64,000 nucleotides of DNA. It comes from Azolla caroliniana (lineage: Eukaryota; Plantae; Polypodiophyta). The stretch lies in assembly GCA_043228905.1 (NCBI GenBank), contig JBHGNT010000001.1:5580001-5644000 (forward strand), read 5' to 3'. Below are positions 12,690 to 25,240 of the stretch, piece after piece. Made by a program: the position numbers and the translations under genes. Below the pieces are notes generated by a model. It saw only the letters and a program-made list of their open reading frames with translations. It did not search any database and had not been told where the DNA came from. The stretch's first letter is position 1. Every line of letters begins with the position of its first letter.

Positions 12690-15600
12690 GGTTAAATAAC
12701 TAAATTCAAGCCTCCATCTAATTTGAATAGAAAACAATCAATTGACAAATGTATCTAAATTATAGGAAGCAATTGTGGACTCCAAAGCTTGCTAGCTAAA
12801 CATCACATTCATCAATTTCATTATAAATGTTGCAGCCAGAATGACATTATAATATCAGAATCAACTTCATTGTCAGCTATTATTAAGTTGTAATACCAGA
12901 AGGATCAAACTGTAAGGTTTTTAGGGACATTTAGATCAATGTGAGACAATTGAATTACAGGAAAGTATGTCATTCCATTATCCAGATATAGCAAGCAAAG
13001 ATTCATATATGCATGTTACATCCAATCGTCGTCGAAAGTAAAGGAGACACCTATACAAACAGTGCAGCAGTCATCTAACACAAAACTGAGAAATTTAAGA
13101 GCATGATAATGTATTTGGATATTTATCCCCGAATCAAGTCAATAGTTTGGAAGATTGACCTGTCTTTACCCCTTCTTGCTTCTTATAAGGGAATTCCAAC
13201 ATGACATAAAAAAACATGTGTAGTTGATGCAAGCTCAATAGATCAAGCTGAAAGTACTGGAACTGCAAGTAAACATAAAGCTTCATGTTGCCATAGTCAG
13301 CACAAACACATATTGGTTTACTTCATTTCCCATTTCAAGTTCTACTGCAAAAGAATTAAAACCCCTCGAAGTTTCACATTACACTGCATGCACAGAAACA
13401 CAAGCATACATCTGCTATAATTACACATATAATATACATATGCCACATAAAATATAGTATAAATCTTATTGTGAATTGTTTCCAAAAATGTACGCAGTTG
13501 AATATAACGAACTGGTCCTTATTTAATAAAGGGTCATACATATCTAACTTTTCTATAACAGAGACTTAGTTTGTCATAAAACGAAAGTTCAAGAGTTAAA
13601 GATCTAAGTTTCTAAACAAGGAGAGTATTTAGAAAGAGGTTCCCTATGCGAATAATACATAGGTTTCCTTTGATAAAAGAACATTTATTTGTCTTCCTCT
13701 TTTGCAAAAATTTGTACACCATGTAAAACCCTGAAATTTAAAAAGAAATAATAATACATAAGTAGACCCGCAGACCAAAACAATGTGATTGAAATTGCAA
13801 ATTTATTGACTAATTTTCACAAATTTTGACCCTTCATAAAAATGCTTTATTTATTTTATTCCTACCTTTGATGTTTCACATAAGAGAAAACACTCTGCAT
13901 GCTGTGTCTCACACATCCATAATCACAAATCAATCGTATGGTATAACTTCCAAGCACATACATATCAGACTTAATTTCAGTTACAGGAAAGTAGGCTTCT
14001 CCCATACAAGGAATTTTATTCCAGTTGGCCTGAACGTCTGGCACCCTTTGAGGTACTTCGTTACTGATAATTAAGAGAAGAGAATATAGCTCAAACCCAA
14101 GAACCCCAGCCAGCAGTTGAAGTGTATTTAGCAATTAAAATCCGCACATAGAGCTACCAGGGCACTCTCTATTAAGCATGCCAGCAGAAAAGGCAAATCA
14201 GCTAAGACTCTCTTTTAGCTCTAATATTAATTTCGAGCTTCAGCCATTCAAACCCATATTTAAAGCTCCCAGGGTACTCTCCATTCAGAATACATACTAG
14301 AACAGAGAGCAAATCTGCAATGACTCCTCACCTCTTTAATGACTCCCTGTTAGCTCTAAAACTTAATTTCACGCTTTAGCAAAATGCGGTTTTTCTGAAG
14401 AAGCTTGCAAAGCTATAGACTGTCACCTCTTCACAAGGATATCGATTCTTTTGCTTCCACTTACCTATATTGTTTAAGTGAACTTACAAAGGACCTAACA
14501 TAAGTGACTTTATAAGAGAAAACTTTCGAATTGGAAGCAAACATTTCCACACACATCCGAACCCTATGCACCTGTCAATCCTTGGACCAGTTAGCTGTGA
14601 CTTCTCCAGTCTACAATCAATCAGCTTGCCCGTTTTCAAGACCTCGAGAAGCCAAGTAGAAAAATAAAATAACGTGATACAAAAGAGCTAAAAAAATATC
14701 CTTTTGTGACAAATGCAAATAGCTCACAATAGTTGGATTTGCCTTTCTTACTGTTCAGAAATGAAAACAGGAAATAAACATAAACAAGTGTAGCAACAAA
14801 ACCGTACCATCACAACTCCAAGCTTGCAGTTCTTATCATCTCAGTTCGTTCTAGGAAATCATTTCCAAATGCTTTCTCATTGTTTTGAAATAGTTCCCAC
14901 ACTTACTTTTACGGTAGAAATTCAGGCAAATATACATTAATTAATTACAATAAGTTTTCATTATTATATAGGTATTTAAGAGCATACAGTAGTTCTGATA
15001 AAATTCTCTTGCTTTTAATATATGTAATATATACATCTCATATGTGTTCAATGCAGAAAATGTTTCACACATTACCGTGTTCACGCTTACCATTTTTCTA
15101 ATTGACCAATGCTTAATTTTCTGAAGTAATTTTAAATAGTCGTTTATTTATACTTGCCAGATTTGAGGATGTAACTCTGGTTCATCATACAATTTGCATG
15201 TTGAACACAGTAAACGATTCTTATATTTTCTCGCCACAAACCAGGACTTTGAACTTAAAAAGTTCCCCTCTCAATATTCACGTATTAGAAGTTCAAGTAT
15301 CTCAATTTGTTCACTGTCCTCATTGCCCGAAAGTAGGTGCAAATTCATAATGAGGACTACTAAGCTGAGTTTCTATGCCATCTATGATGTGATGCTAGCA
15401 TATTGACAATGTGTGTCCAAAAATATATAAAAAATACTTATGATTAATAGGAAAAACTTATCTCCAAACATAAGCTGATGTTATGCCCAAAAAATGGATT
15501 TTCCCATGGCCAAATGTAACTAGAATGGTAATGGAATATCACATCAAAGTCTAACCATGAAGAGTTCACTTACAAGACTAATATAAGAAAATCAAGGGGA

Positions 15601-16759
15601 AAAGAATGCGAAGTATATACATATGCCGAGCTAGAAAACAACAATTTTAAGGAAATCTGAAGCCCACACAATTGATTGTAATAACACAAAATAAGATGAA
15701 TAGGTGCCGTCTTATGCTGGCATATCGTATTAGATAAGATAGGTCATGGAATTTTTTTGTTCCACGTTAGCAATGCATTACTTATATATGTAAGAAAACC
15801 AAAACTATATTTAATTCCAACAAATCATGTAAAGGGTTCATGAGTAGCTTTATGTGATGCATTCAAGATGTAGATCTCGATGTATTTAGGTCTTTATCAT
15901 ATATCTAGCATATTCAAGACAACACGAATCTGTAAAACTCTGATGCACGTCAAATCCTCATGTGAAGCTTCTAGAAATTGGGATTATACATGGTCTATTA
16001 TTACAGTCCAACAGCTAAACAAACATTGAAACTCTGATTTTTCATCAGATACTTATGTTACAGTTCCATAACTTGCTGATTCAGGCTAGGAATAGCTAGA
16101 TGACAATGTAAAGTACATTCACGACAAGGATACACACAGAATCTTCGAAACTCTAAATTCCATAAACATTCTGGTTCCATGAAACTTTATTATTCATGGA
16201 GAACTAGATGTAGATCAACACCGTATTCAAGATTAAGAACAGCTTAATGAATGTAAAGTAGAATGGAAAATACAGAATTTGGTAAACAACATTCATGTTA
16301 ACATTCTGAAAAACTTCATCATACATGGAAAACAAGATAAGAATAGCTAAATGCACCTAGAAATTTCTGATTTCCAGTGTGCATGTTGCTACAAAACGTG
16401 ATTTATTCGAGTAGAGTAGAACACTCCAAACTCCATTAAAGTCTTCCACGTTACAGTTCCATCAAACTTCATGGAAACATTGCATCTTCAAGTTTAAAAA
16501 AAAGTCCAAAGAATCTAGAAAAACCTGACTTCAATCAAATTAATCCTACCGTTAGAGTTCCATAAAAAAAAGCATAATTTTTATGGATGAGGATAAGGCA
16601 GCTAAAGGTATGTGAAAGTAAGTAGAAAGAACTATAATATTCCTTTCAGATCTTCGGTCTTTAGCATTTAATAGACATCGATTATTTCATAGGGACAGAG
16701 AGCTAAGAAAATAGCTTTTGATGGTGTACCTGTATCGTCAAGCTAACACAACAGCGTCA

Positions 16760-17200
16760 TTAATCATGAGCGTGAGCAGCGGCAGCAACGACAACGGTTT
16801 CTCCGACGTCTTCTTTCCCTCCTGTATTTATTGCTTCGGCTTCTTCTTCCTCTTGTAGGCGGCGTAGGGCGACCTTATGCGCCCAGACATCGATGTTGGT
16901 GTTGGGCTTGGAGGTGAGGCCGATGGAGAGCATGAGGAAGGCAATGACGCCTGTGGCATAGTAGGGGAGCTCCCAGTCCTCCCACTTACGGGACTGCCCG
17001 GGAGGAGGGGGGGTCTCATTGAAGAGATAGCCGCCGGCATCCCGATCCCCGGGGCTGAACCAGCCCCCTCCACCTTCTCCATGGCCACTGTGCTCTGAGG
17101 ATCCGCTCCTCAGTCGCTGCTTCCTGAGGGCCCGCCTCACCAAGCCGCCTCCTCGACCTGCAGCGGCTGCGGCAGCCATGAACGCCGATCGCGACAACAT
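16760..17200 (-). CDS. NDUFB11: Mitochondrial complex I (NADH:ubiquinone oxidoreductase) ESSS/NDUFB11 subunit, 146 aa, single coding exon
   Basis: GYLFNETPPPPGQSRKWEDWELPYY + TM helix + KPNTNIDVWAHKVAL matches the plant ESSS family. Arg/Ala-rich N-terminal presequence. ATG at 17200 (alternative in-frame ATG at 17179). Confidence 0.9.
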   Translation of the reverse strand: MLSRSAFMAAAAAAGRGGGLVRRALRKQRLRSGSSEHSGHGEGGGGWFSPGDRDAGGYLFNETPPPPGQSRKWEDWELPYYATGVIAFLMLSIGLTSKPNTNIDVWAHKVALRRLQEEEEAEAINTGGKEDVGETVVVAAAAHAHD

Positions 17201-17313
17201 GTCTTCGCTCTTCTTCTTTACTTTGCTTTGCTTTCCTGAGCGCCAGATGAAGAAAAAGGTTGCAGACGCAGAAAGCAGAAGCAGAAGCAGAAGAAGAAGG
17301 AGAAGAAGACGAT

Positions 17314-17512
17314 GAGTGAATGAATGTCCGGGTGGGCGGGCGGACAAAAGGCCTCTCAATCAATCCCAAACAAGCAAACACTTACAACATGAATGAATGA
17401 ATGAATGAGTGAATGAATGTTCGGGCAGGCAGGCGGACAAAAGGCCTATCAATCTATCCCAAACAAGCAAACAATTAAACCATGAACGAATGAATGTCCG
17501 GCCGGCCGGCCG
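17314..17512. repeat. ~94-bp tandem repeat (about 2.2 copies) upstream of the ESSS gene
   Basis: gagtgaatgaatgt(c/t)cggg...gcggacaaaaggcct.tcaatc.atcccaaacaagcaaaca occurs twice, followed by a third partial gaatgaatgtccgg. Confidence 0.9.
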
Positions 17513-17888
17513 GTACCCCCCCCCCATCTGGCCCAAATGGCCTCGCCAGCCACGCATGCTCGCCCCAGCCGGCCGTCTCAGAGTTCGGTTCCTATGACAT
17601 CAGGAGACATGAGCGTCTTTTTCCGAGGGTTACCAACACCTTTTATCGTCACACCACATGAATGAAGGCATAAAACATTATGTCATGCATGTTGATCTCC
17701 TCAGAAAGCCGCATGCAGAACTAGATTAAACATTGCATCCATACAATAAACTTTATCATAATCAGTTGTATGTTTGAATGAATCGAATTAAATTGGCTAA
17801 GAATGTTGCCTCTTTCCTTCTTTTTTCATAATTATCCTACCTTGGTAGTAAATTGTTAGACTAGTACCAATGTCTTGGGTTCGATACA

Positions 17889-17892
<4 letters not shown>

Positions 17893-17953
<61 letters not shown>
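17893..17953. repeat. (CT)n microsatellite
   Basis: Perfect dinucleotide run. Confidence 0.98.
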
Positions 17954-17954
<1 letters not shown>

Positions 17955-18060
17955 ACGTAATTACCTTACAGTGATAAGTTAATGACTACTAGCCCTAGGG
18001 CTTGGGTTCTCATCTCTCTATTACTTCATAATTACTAGATGCCACTATAGAATGTAGGGA

Positions 18061-18417
18061 TTGAACATCCATGCAATGCGATGTGAGACGGGCCGTTGCG
18101 GCACAAGTGATGAGAGTGGTCGACTATGCAGACTTTGCCTGAAACAAGTTCAAGAGTATGAGTATCACACTTTGATACAATGCTCTACCTTTGAACATAT
18201 TCGACCATGCTTTCCACACATCTTCGCGCAAGCCCAATTCTTGCACGAATTTCCCTCACAACCACAATGTGCACTCTCGATTGCAACATTGATTGGTAAA
18301 GTTCTTGAACATCGAGAGTCAATACTCATTTTCACACGTAGCACGTGAAATGTAATATTTTTGGTCTCATATGTCCTATTTGACCTCCGAAGACGATATC
18401 TATCTATCTATCTATCT
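18061..18417 (+). mobile_element. 5'-truncated RTE-type LINE: C-terminal zinc finger, 3' UTR and (ATCT)n tail
   Basis: HAMRCETGR...RLCRLC...EYEYHTLIQCSTFEHIR is a LINE C-terminal CCHC-type motif; followed by ttggtc...tttgacc and an (atct)n tail. Confidence 0.8.
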
Positions 18418-19084
18418 CCTAGTCAAGCTTGAGTCGGGTTTTGGTTTCGAGGCGTTATAAATCTTGATGAGTTTTTTAAGTTTGTTTACTACAAATACTT
18501 TGGTTTGAAGGCCTTTCATGATTTCCAAATCAACTCAATCTATTTTTTATGTTAATTATTTTGTACGTTTCACACTAAGGTAAATTACATTTGAACACCC
18601 TAGCTAAATTTTATTTGACACTAAAAAATGTGGTTGATCACAAACACATGTTATGTTTTCCCTTGGCTATGAAGTATCGTTAAGTTGTATTGTTGTTACT
18701 TCCCTTCTCCTCATATAGGGGGAGTGGATCAAGCGAAGATAGAGAGATGATCATATTAATTGGATGAAGATAATTATTTTGACATAAATTAAGTAAAAGT
18801 CATCCATGTTGTAAATCGGCGTCATTGGGCTCCGACACCATGTCTTGTCACGAACACATTAGAACTGAGCCCCTAGACACAAAACATAAAAATATTGAAA
18901 CTCTGAGCTTGTCTGCAATCGATCAGGCCCATATGGCGAACCAAAAACTATGGCACAACTGCAAAAAGGCCTATACTTTGCACATCCATACCCTTATCAT
19001 CCCTTCTCTCCTCACTACTATCAATAATATGTAGAAGAAGATGTTTGAGGACTTGTCAATCAGTCTAGCAAACAAGCAAACAAG

Positions 19085-22000
19085 ACAAACTTTTCAAGGC
19101 CAGTGGAGACAGTTCTAGGTGCCTGCAATTGGGGATAATAGTTTGACAACAGGTCTTTTCATTGCAATAGGCGACATTTGGTGATCTTCTTTCTTACATT
19201 ACAGAGTTTTGACTTGTGGTAGAGGTCATTATATAATTCTTCAAATTGGTTTAAAGAAGTGGGGTTTGTTGAATATTTATGCACCAAATCATGCAAGAGA
19301 TAGAATGACATTATGGAAGAGCATAATGCCACAGTTACCGGCTGTTGAACATTGGGCAATTGCGGGTGACTTTAATATGTTCGAGGATGGGTGTGATAAG
19401 TTAGGAGGCACATCACAACCATTATTTGGTTCAGAATTATATGAATGAGAACGCTTGATTTTTTCTTTAGGTTTAATGGACTTGTGGCATGTGTCTTCTT
19501 TTGTATGGATGCAAGATTCCTTAGCTTATTCACGGTCGGATAGAAGACAGTCACATACCAATTTCTCTGGGTTAGATATGCTGATAAGTTTTTATGGAAG
19601 AAAGGAGGTTCAATTGGAATCTTATCTTCATTTTTCTTTTCTGATCATGCACCACTTCGTTTAGTTATAGGCTTGCAGGAGCAACATAAAAAATCTATGT
19701 TTAGAATTGTGAATTATGTGTTTCTTAACCACGATTGTGTTCCTATTGTGCATAATATTTGGAATAAATATGACTATTCATATGGTTATGCACTATCTAG
19801 TCTTCACAAGGCTATTAGCGAAACACAACAATTTTTTCATTGTAAAGCTAAACAAGTATTTTATGAGTCTTGTACTAAAATAGGAAGACTTCATAGGGGA
19901 TTGAGATCCTTGCAACATCTGCAAGAGAGAAGACCATATTCGAGGTATATAAGTTTCCGATTGGTACAATAAGGGAACCAGATATTGGAATTACAAAAGA
20001 TTTCAGCAGATTTTAATTATCATAATAGATCATCTACATGGGAAGAGTTGGGAAATAAAGTCAATAAACTGTTCTTTGCAGTGCATAATCATCATAAGAC
20101 AACTGCTAGGATTTCTGGGTTAAAATGTCTTGACGGCTCTTATACCACGGATTCTAGTCAGATGGGGCAAATAGCCTCTGATTATTATGAGAATTTGTTG
20201 AAAGCTAGATCCTTTTCTGGGGATGATTTGATTAAAAGGGACATCATATGGTCAAGGATTCATAGTAGGGTGACTGTACAACTAGCAGATTGTCATTTAC
20301 AACCATTAAATTCTCAAGAGGTTCTTAAAGCTACAAAAGCCCTTGCTAAGGATGTTTGTCATGGCTTGGATGGGTCGGGAGTCCAATGGTATATCCAATA
20401 TTGGGATTTGATAGGTGATGGATTGACCAAAGCCTATCAGCAGATATTAGACTCGGGAAATATGCCACAAGAATGGAAGGGGGGTTTAGCTTATATGATT
20501 CCTAAAACAAGTGGACAATTAGAAGAGCTTCAACGTTTGAGACCAATTACCTTGTTGAATGTTATTTATAAAATATTAGCAAAAACGATAGATAGGCGGT
20601 TACAACCTTATCTTTCGGAGCTAATTCATGATTCCCATATTGGTTTTATGTAAGAGCAAAGTATTTTTTATAATATTATTCTCTTTTGGGAAATGGTGGC
20701 CTTTGCTTAATTGCATAAGCAAGACTTAGAAGTGTTATTTCTTGATTTTGAAAAAGCTTATGACAGAGTGGACCAGGATTTTATGGAGGGAACATTGGTT
20801 AGGATGGGTTTCCCAAACATATGGGTACGAGGAGTATCAACATTATATCGTAACGCGCATAGTTCTCTTTTATTTGTAGGGGATATTGGTAGGAGATTTT
20901 CGATTTCAAGATCAGTACGATAGTGATGTCCACTTGCTCCTTTCTTGTTTTTACTAGTATCTAAAGCATTTTCTGTACATCTAAATTCTCAATAAGTAAA
21001 TATTAAAGGGTTAGCACTACTAGTGTCAAATGCTGGCGTGGATAGAGAGTTTGCTTATGATACAACTCTATAGTTCATGCCTCACAATTAAATTTGTCAC
21101 AGGTGCAAAAGGTTGTGGATGATTTCTCTGATGAATCTGGTGCATTGATAAATTGGGATAAATCATCACGTTTTTGGGTCGCTCCTAGAGATCCGCCAGT
21201 TAATGTACCTTCTTCAGTATTCATTTGGATACCTCAAGGTTAGTCCATTAGGTATGTACGTTGTAGAGTGGGTTTGGGATTAAAGGCAAAGGATATGATT
21301 GCATCCTTGTTGCTAAGATTAAGGAATAAGCTAATCTACTGGAATAAGGAAAAGCTATCCTTAGCAGGAGGTATAGTTGTAGCTAATTCGGTGCTTTTGT
21401 CCTCGATTTTGTATACAGCATCTACATGGCTGTTTTCGAGGTCAATAATGCTTAAAGTTCAACGTCTAGTACGAAATTTTATTTGGGGGAACACCATTTC
21501 AGACAATTCGGTAGCAAAGGTACCTTGGTCGGTTCTTATACAATCTAAACAGAAAGGAGGTCTAGGTTTAATTGATCCTTTTATGCAAAGTAAAGCCTTA
21601 CTTTCTAAGCATGTTGTTCGAAGTTTATTGCTAGGAGAGGAGTTATGGAAAAAGCTATGGATTCAACATTTACATAAGGTCAAGCCATCAGTAGGTGGTC
21701 AATGGAATGATAGTCTTAGATGGTTCTTCAATGCAGATTTTCCGTTACCTAAGTCCAATGTTGGATCGTTACGTTTTTTTAATGGAATATTTCGGGCATG
21801 GGAAAGTCTTCGTCAAGCATTTGTTTTCTTGCCACCGAAAACTTATCCTCAATTCATGCATCAACCCTTGATATGGAATCCTTTATTTACGGATGAAGCT
21901 GTGTGTGTTTTGGGTATACGCCCTAGGTTATCTTGGGCTGCAATGGACAATGGTCTAGCTCATACGGTTGCGGATTGGATAAAGTTTTTGCAAACTTTGG

Positions 22001-24360
22001 CGCAGGACCCAAGGAATGTGTTGTCTAACTTAAGAGGGGCAAACATAATGGTATCTCAATTGTCCATGGTGTATAAAGTCACAGTGCCAACTTTGCAGTT
22101 CGATCATTTTCAGAGTTGGTACGGTATGTTTTCGACACTTAATATACTTATAGGAGCTCGTTTATATCATCAAAATGGCAGCCTCTATTTTTATGAAGTT
22201 TTGGATAATGGTAGGTTGGCATTAGTAGATGACGAGTCTCCAATTACATCCACTGCAAAGCAGTTACTAGTGCGAGTAATTGCTATATTGGATAAAAAAT
22301 TGTTTATTGACCCTAGTCCCTTAATAACTAACTATTCATCTCATATTTGGGTTTTACACTCTAGGCCACTTGCGATCTATAGTGGGATCCAGCAGATTAT
22401 GGTTGGAAATTGTTTGTGCCAATTCCACTAAGGTCCTCCCATTCTTCACATATTCGGTGGCGTTTGGGAGAACCTTTTTGTTGAGGCAGACCGAGTCGGT
22501 ACCTGCTAGAAAAAAGTATTGGGAGGAAGGTAATGTCTCATCTTCTCATATGTCGATGTTTTGGAAACCATTTTGATCAACTAAATATATGAACAAGATA
22601 TTACACTTTCGTTGGTTAATGATTCATTATGTGTTGCTAGTAGGTGATTTGCTAAGGGGATCTGTGACTAATCGGCCATGCGTTATGTGTGGTTTTGTAC
22701 ATAATGATATGCAGCGTACACACAACTTGGAGCAGAAAAACAGCAAAATGAACAAGGTACACAGTTGTACGTGGAAACCCTAGACAGGGAAAACCACGGG
22801 AGAACAGATCTTCACTATATCATGGATATACATAACGACGAGATTACAACACTCTCTCACCACAGAGTGTAACAGCCACATAGGGCTCTTGATGTCTAAG
22901 CTCACTCAGGTATGGCGTCGTTCACTCTCACTCTCACTCTCTCTTCTCTGTCCCACTCACAACAACAGAGGATCACACACATGTTTTCCACTATTCTCTG
23001 TCTACACACACATTGTTTATCCTAGGTGTATTTATACTATGACACAATACTGGCTATTTACAATCATGGCCATTTTTATTATCTAATAATAATAATCTTA
23101 CTAATCAGTCGACTCATCTGTCAACTATCGGATCGGTCCGACTAATCAGCCTGGTCATCGACCATCCGATCAGCTAGTCAGTCGTGTCTTGCACCTCAAT
23201 CGCCTATTGTCGACTATCTCTCCAAGTCGACTCTCCATATTGACTCTCTCAAAGTCGTCTCTTCGATTGTCAGCTTGCATCCGACTAGTCGGTTGTTCCC
23301 TATCTTTGATTGTCGGCTATGTTGAACAATCAACTCCTCCCACTAGAGGAACATATTCCCAACACATGAATCATTGCATCATGTATTTTGGGAATGTGTT
23401 GTTGCAAAAAAAATTGGTTTCAAATTCTTAGGCTACTAGGTCGTAAGTATAGGTCAGGGATTTTCACGTGGGGTGCAGTCTTCTAGGGATTGTTGGATCA
23501 ACAAATGACTTTTTATCATCATCATTATTCTTCCTTGACATTACATGTGAGAAGTTTTCAGGTATACCCTAGTTCAAGCTCCTTGCAAGGAATCAAAATT
23601 TTCTCCCGAAGTTACGTATGACAGATTGTCTCCTCTTTGGCGTTATGGGTTCTTTGGAAAGTTAGGTGTTCTGAGCTATACAATGATGAAAACATTCACA
23701 TCGTGGATCAAGTTTTGGGACTTATTGGTACAATACGGTTAAAGGTAATTATGATAGTTATAAGGGTTCTGGAAACACACCTTAAATAAGAAAAGAATGA
23801 GAATTCGTCAAGTTTGGTCATCTATTCCTATTATGTTGGATGCAGTCGTTGATGTCAAGTGGAATTACGTACCACCTCGTTGGTTGTTCCCGCCACCGGC
23901 ACCGTTTTTAGTACAAACAACATGAGATACCATAGATGAACGATGTTGTTTTTGTCAGGATAAGTGATACTGATGTGGGGGCTAAAGCAGATTGTCATAA
24001 GGAGAGGAATTTTTTTTCGACTCTTTCTTTTTTGTTGTCCATACATGCTGTTGGTGGTAGTTGGTGGCATGCCAAGATGGTCGGCTTGATGTTGATGTGG
24101 ATTGAATGAAGACGATTTTAGGTTTTGTAGGGATTGCAACAAACAGGATCTAGTTGTCGTTTTTGTCACATAGTTATTTGTCTTTATAGCATATTCCCAT
24201 GAGAGAGGATGAGTGATGATGGTGTGGGGGCTGAAGCAGATATATGAGGGGATGAGAAAACATTTTATACTCATTTTGGTGTTATTTGTACAAGAACTTG
24301 GTGGTAATCGGCGAGATGGTTTATGTGGACTTAATGAAACAAATTTTTTGAGGGATAAGG
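19085..24360 (+). mobile_element. L1-type LINE (5'-truncated ORF2: endonuclease, RT, zf-RVT; plus 3' UTR)
   Basis: LLNIYAPN and WAIAGDFN (APE endonuclease); RPITLLNVIYKILAK, LDFEKAYDRV, SRSVR..CPLAPFLF and EFAYD (decayed FADD) for RT; KQKGGLGL; CVMCG...HVFWEC zinc finger. Many stops. Ends approximate. Confidence 0.92.
22705..23364. mobile_element. Solo LTR inserted in the L1 zinc-finger region
   Basis: TG...CA termini; TSD CATAA (22700-22704) / CATGA (23365-23369). Removing it restores the L1 frame CVMCGFVHESLHHVFWEC. Confidence 0.88.
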
Positions 24361-25151
24361 ATGAATCTTCGTCTGCCCTCCTTCCTTTTGTTGATCGACC
24401 AACAGTCGGCAATGTTGTGGCCGGCCTTTCTGCAATGAGTGCAGGAAGCATTCGGCTTGCTATTTTGTGACTTTGACCGTTGTCGATTATCATTCCTCCT
24501 CAGGCGACTGGTGCTTCGACCGGTTCTTCCAGCAAGCTCAGTCGAGTAGTGAGCTTCTGTCGAATCATCGATGGTGAGACTCATTGATTTTCGCCGAATA
24601 TCCTCCGTGAGAACCTGTCCGATTGTTTCGTCCATGTTCAGATTTGGGCTGCTATTGGTGAATGTCATGCAGAATACTTCCCAACTCACCGACAGTCTCG
24701 AAAGGAGAGTAAGAGCTTTAACTTCTTCTTCGAAGTTAATCCCTTGGGAAGAGAGTTCGAATAACACCCGACTAAAGGTGTTGATGTGGGAGGTCGTTGG
24801 ATAGCTCTCTCTCATCTTCATATTGAATAGTTGCCTAATTAGTATGAGTTTCGATGAGGATGACTTCTTTTCGTAAGCGGCTTGGAGCTTCTCCCACAAG
24901 GCAAATGTTGACGTCTCTTTGGCCATGTTGAAGTAGACGTTCTCAGCCAAATGCATTCGGATGGTCGACCTAGCTATTTCATCCACGGAGCGTCATTCAT
25001 TTGTTGTCATCAAGGTTGGCTTGTTGGTGTGCCATATTGCCTCGATTTGACGTTGGATGATTCGTACATCTTGCATCATCTCCTTCCATAGGGCAAAGTT
25101 TTTGCCTTCGAAATTTCGGATTTCTACTCCTGTGTTGGATGTAGAAGCCAT
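24361..25151 (-). pseudogene. Copia gag (retrotransposon gag domain + CCHC zinc knuckle) with an in-frame stop
   Basis: MASTSNTGVEIRNFEGKNFALWK...DEIARSTIRMHLAENV...LWEKLQAAYEKKS...CTHCRKAGHNIADC; ends at the L1 junction. Confidence 0.9.
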
Positions 25152-25240
25152 GTTCTATTGGAGTTGAGATTGACATGTTTCTTCCCTTCTCAAATTTATA
25201 TTGTTGTTGTTGCCGAACTACAAGCCGCTCTGATACCACT

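Noticed and set aside
17201-17359. N-terminal 53-aa extension of the 199-aa ORF (poly-Leu)
   Set aside because: Starts at a non-ATG codon and translates a CTT/CTG-repeat leader; the ESSS protein is better started at 17200.
23855-24493. 212-aa minus-strand ORF
   Set aside because: Spans out-of-frame gag and the antisense of the L1 3' UTR; no recognisable domain.
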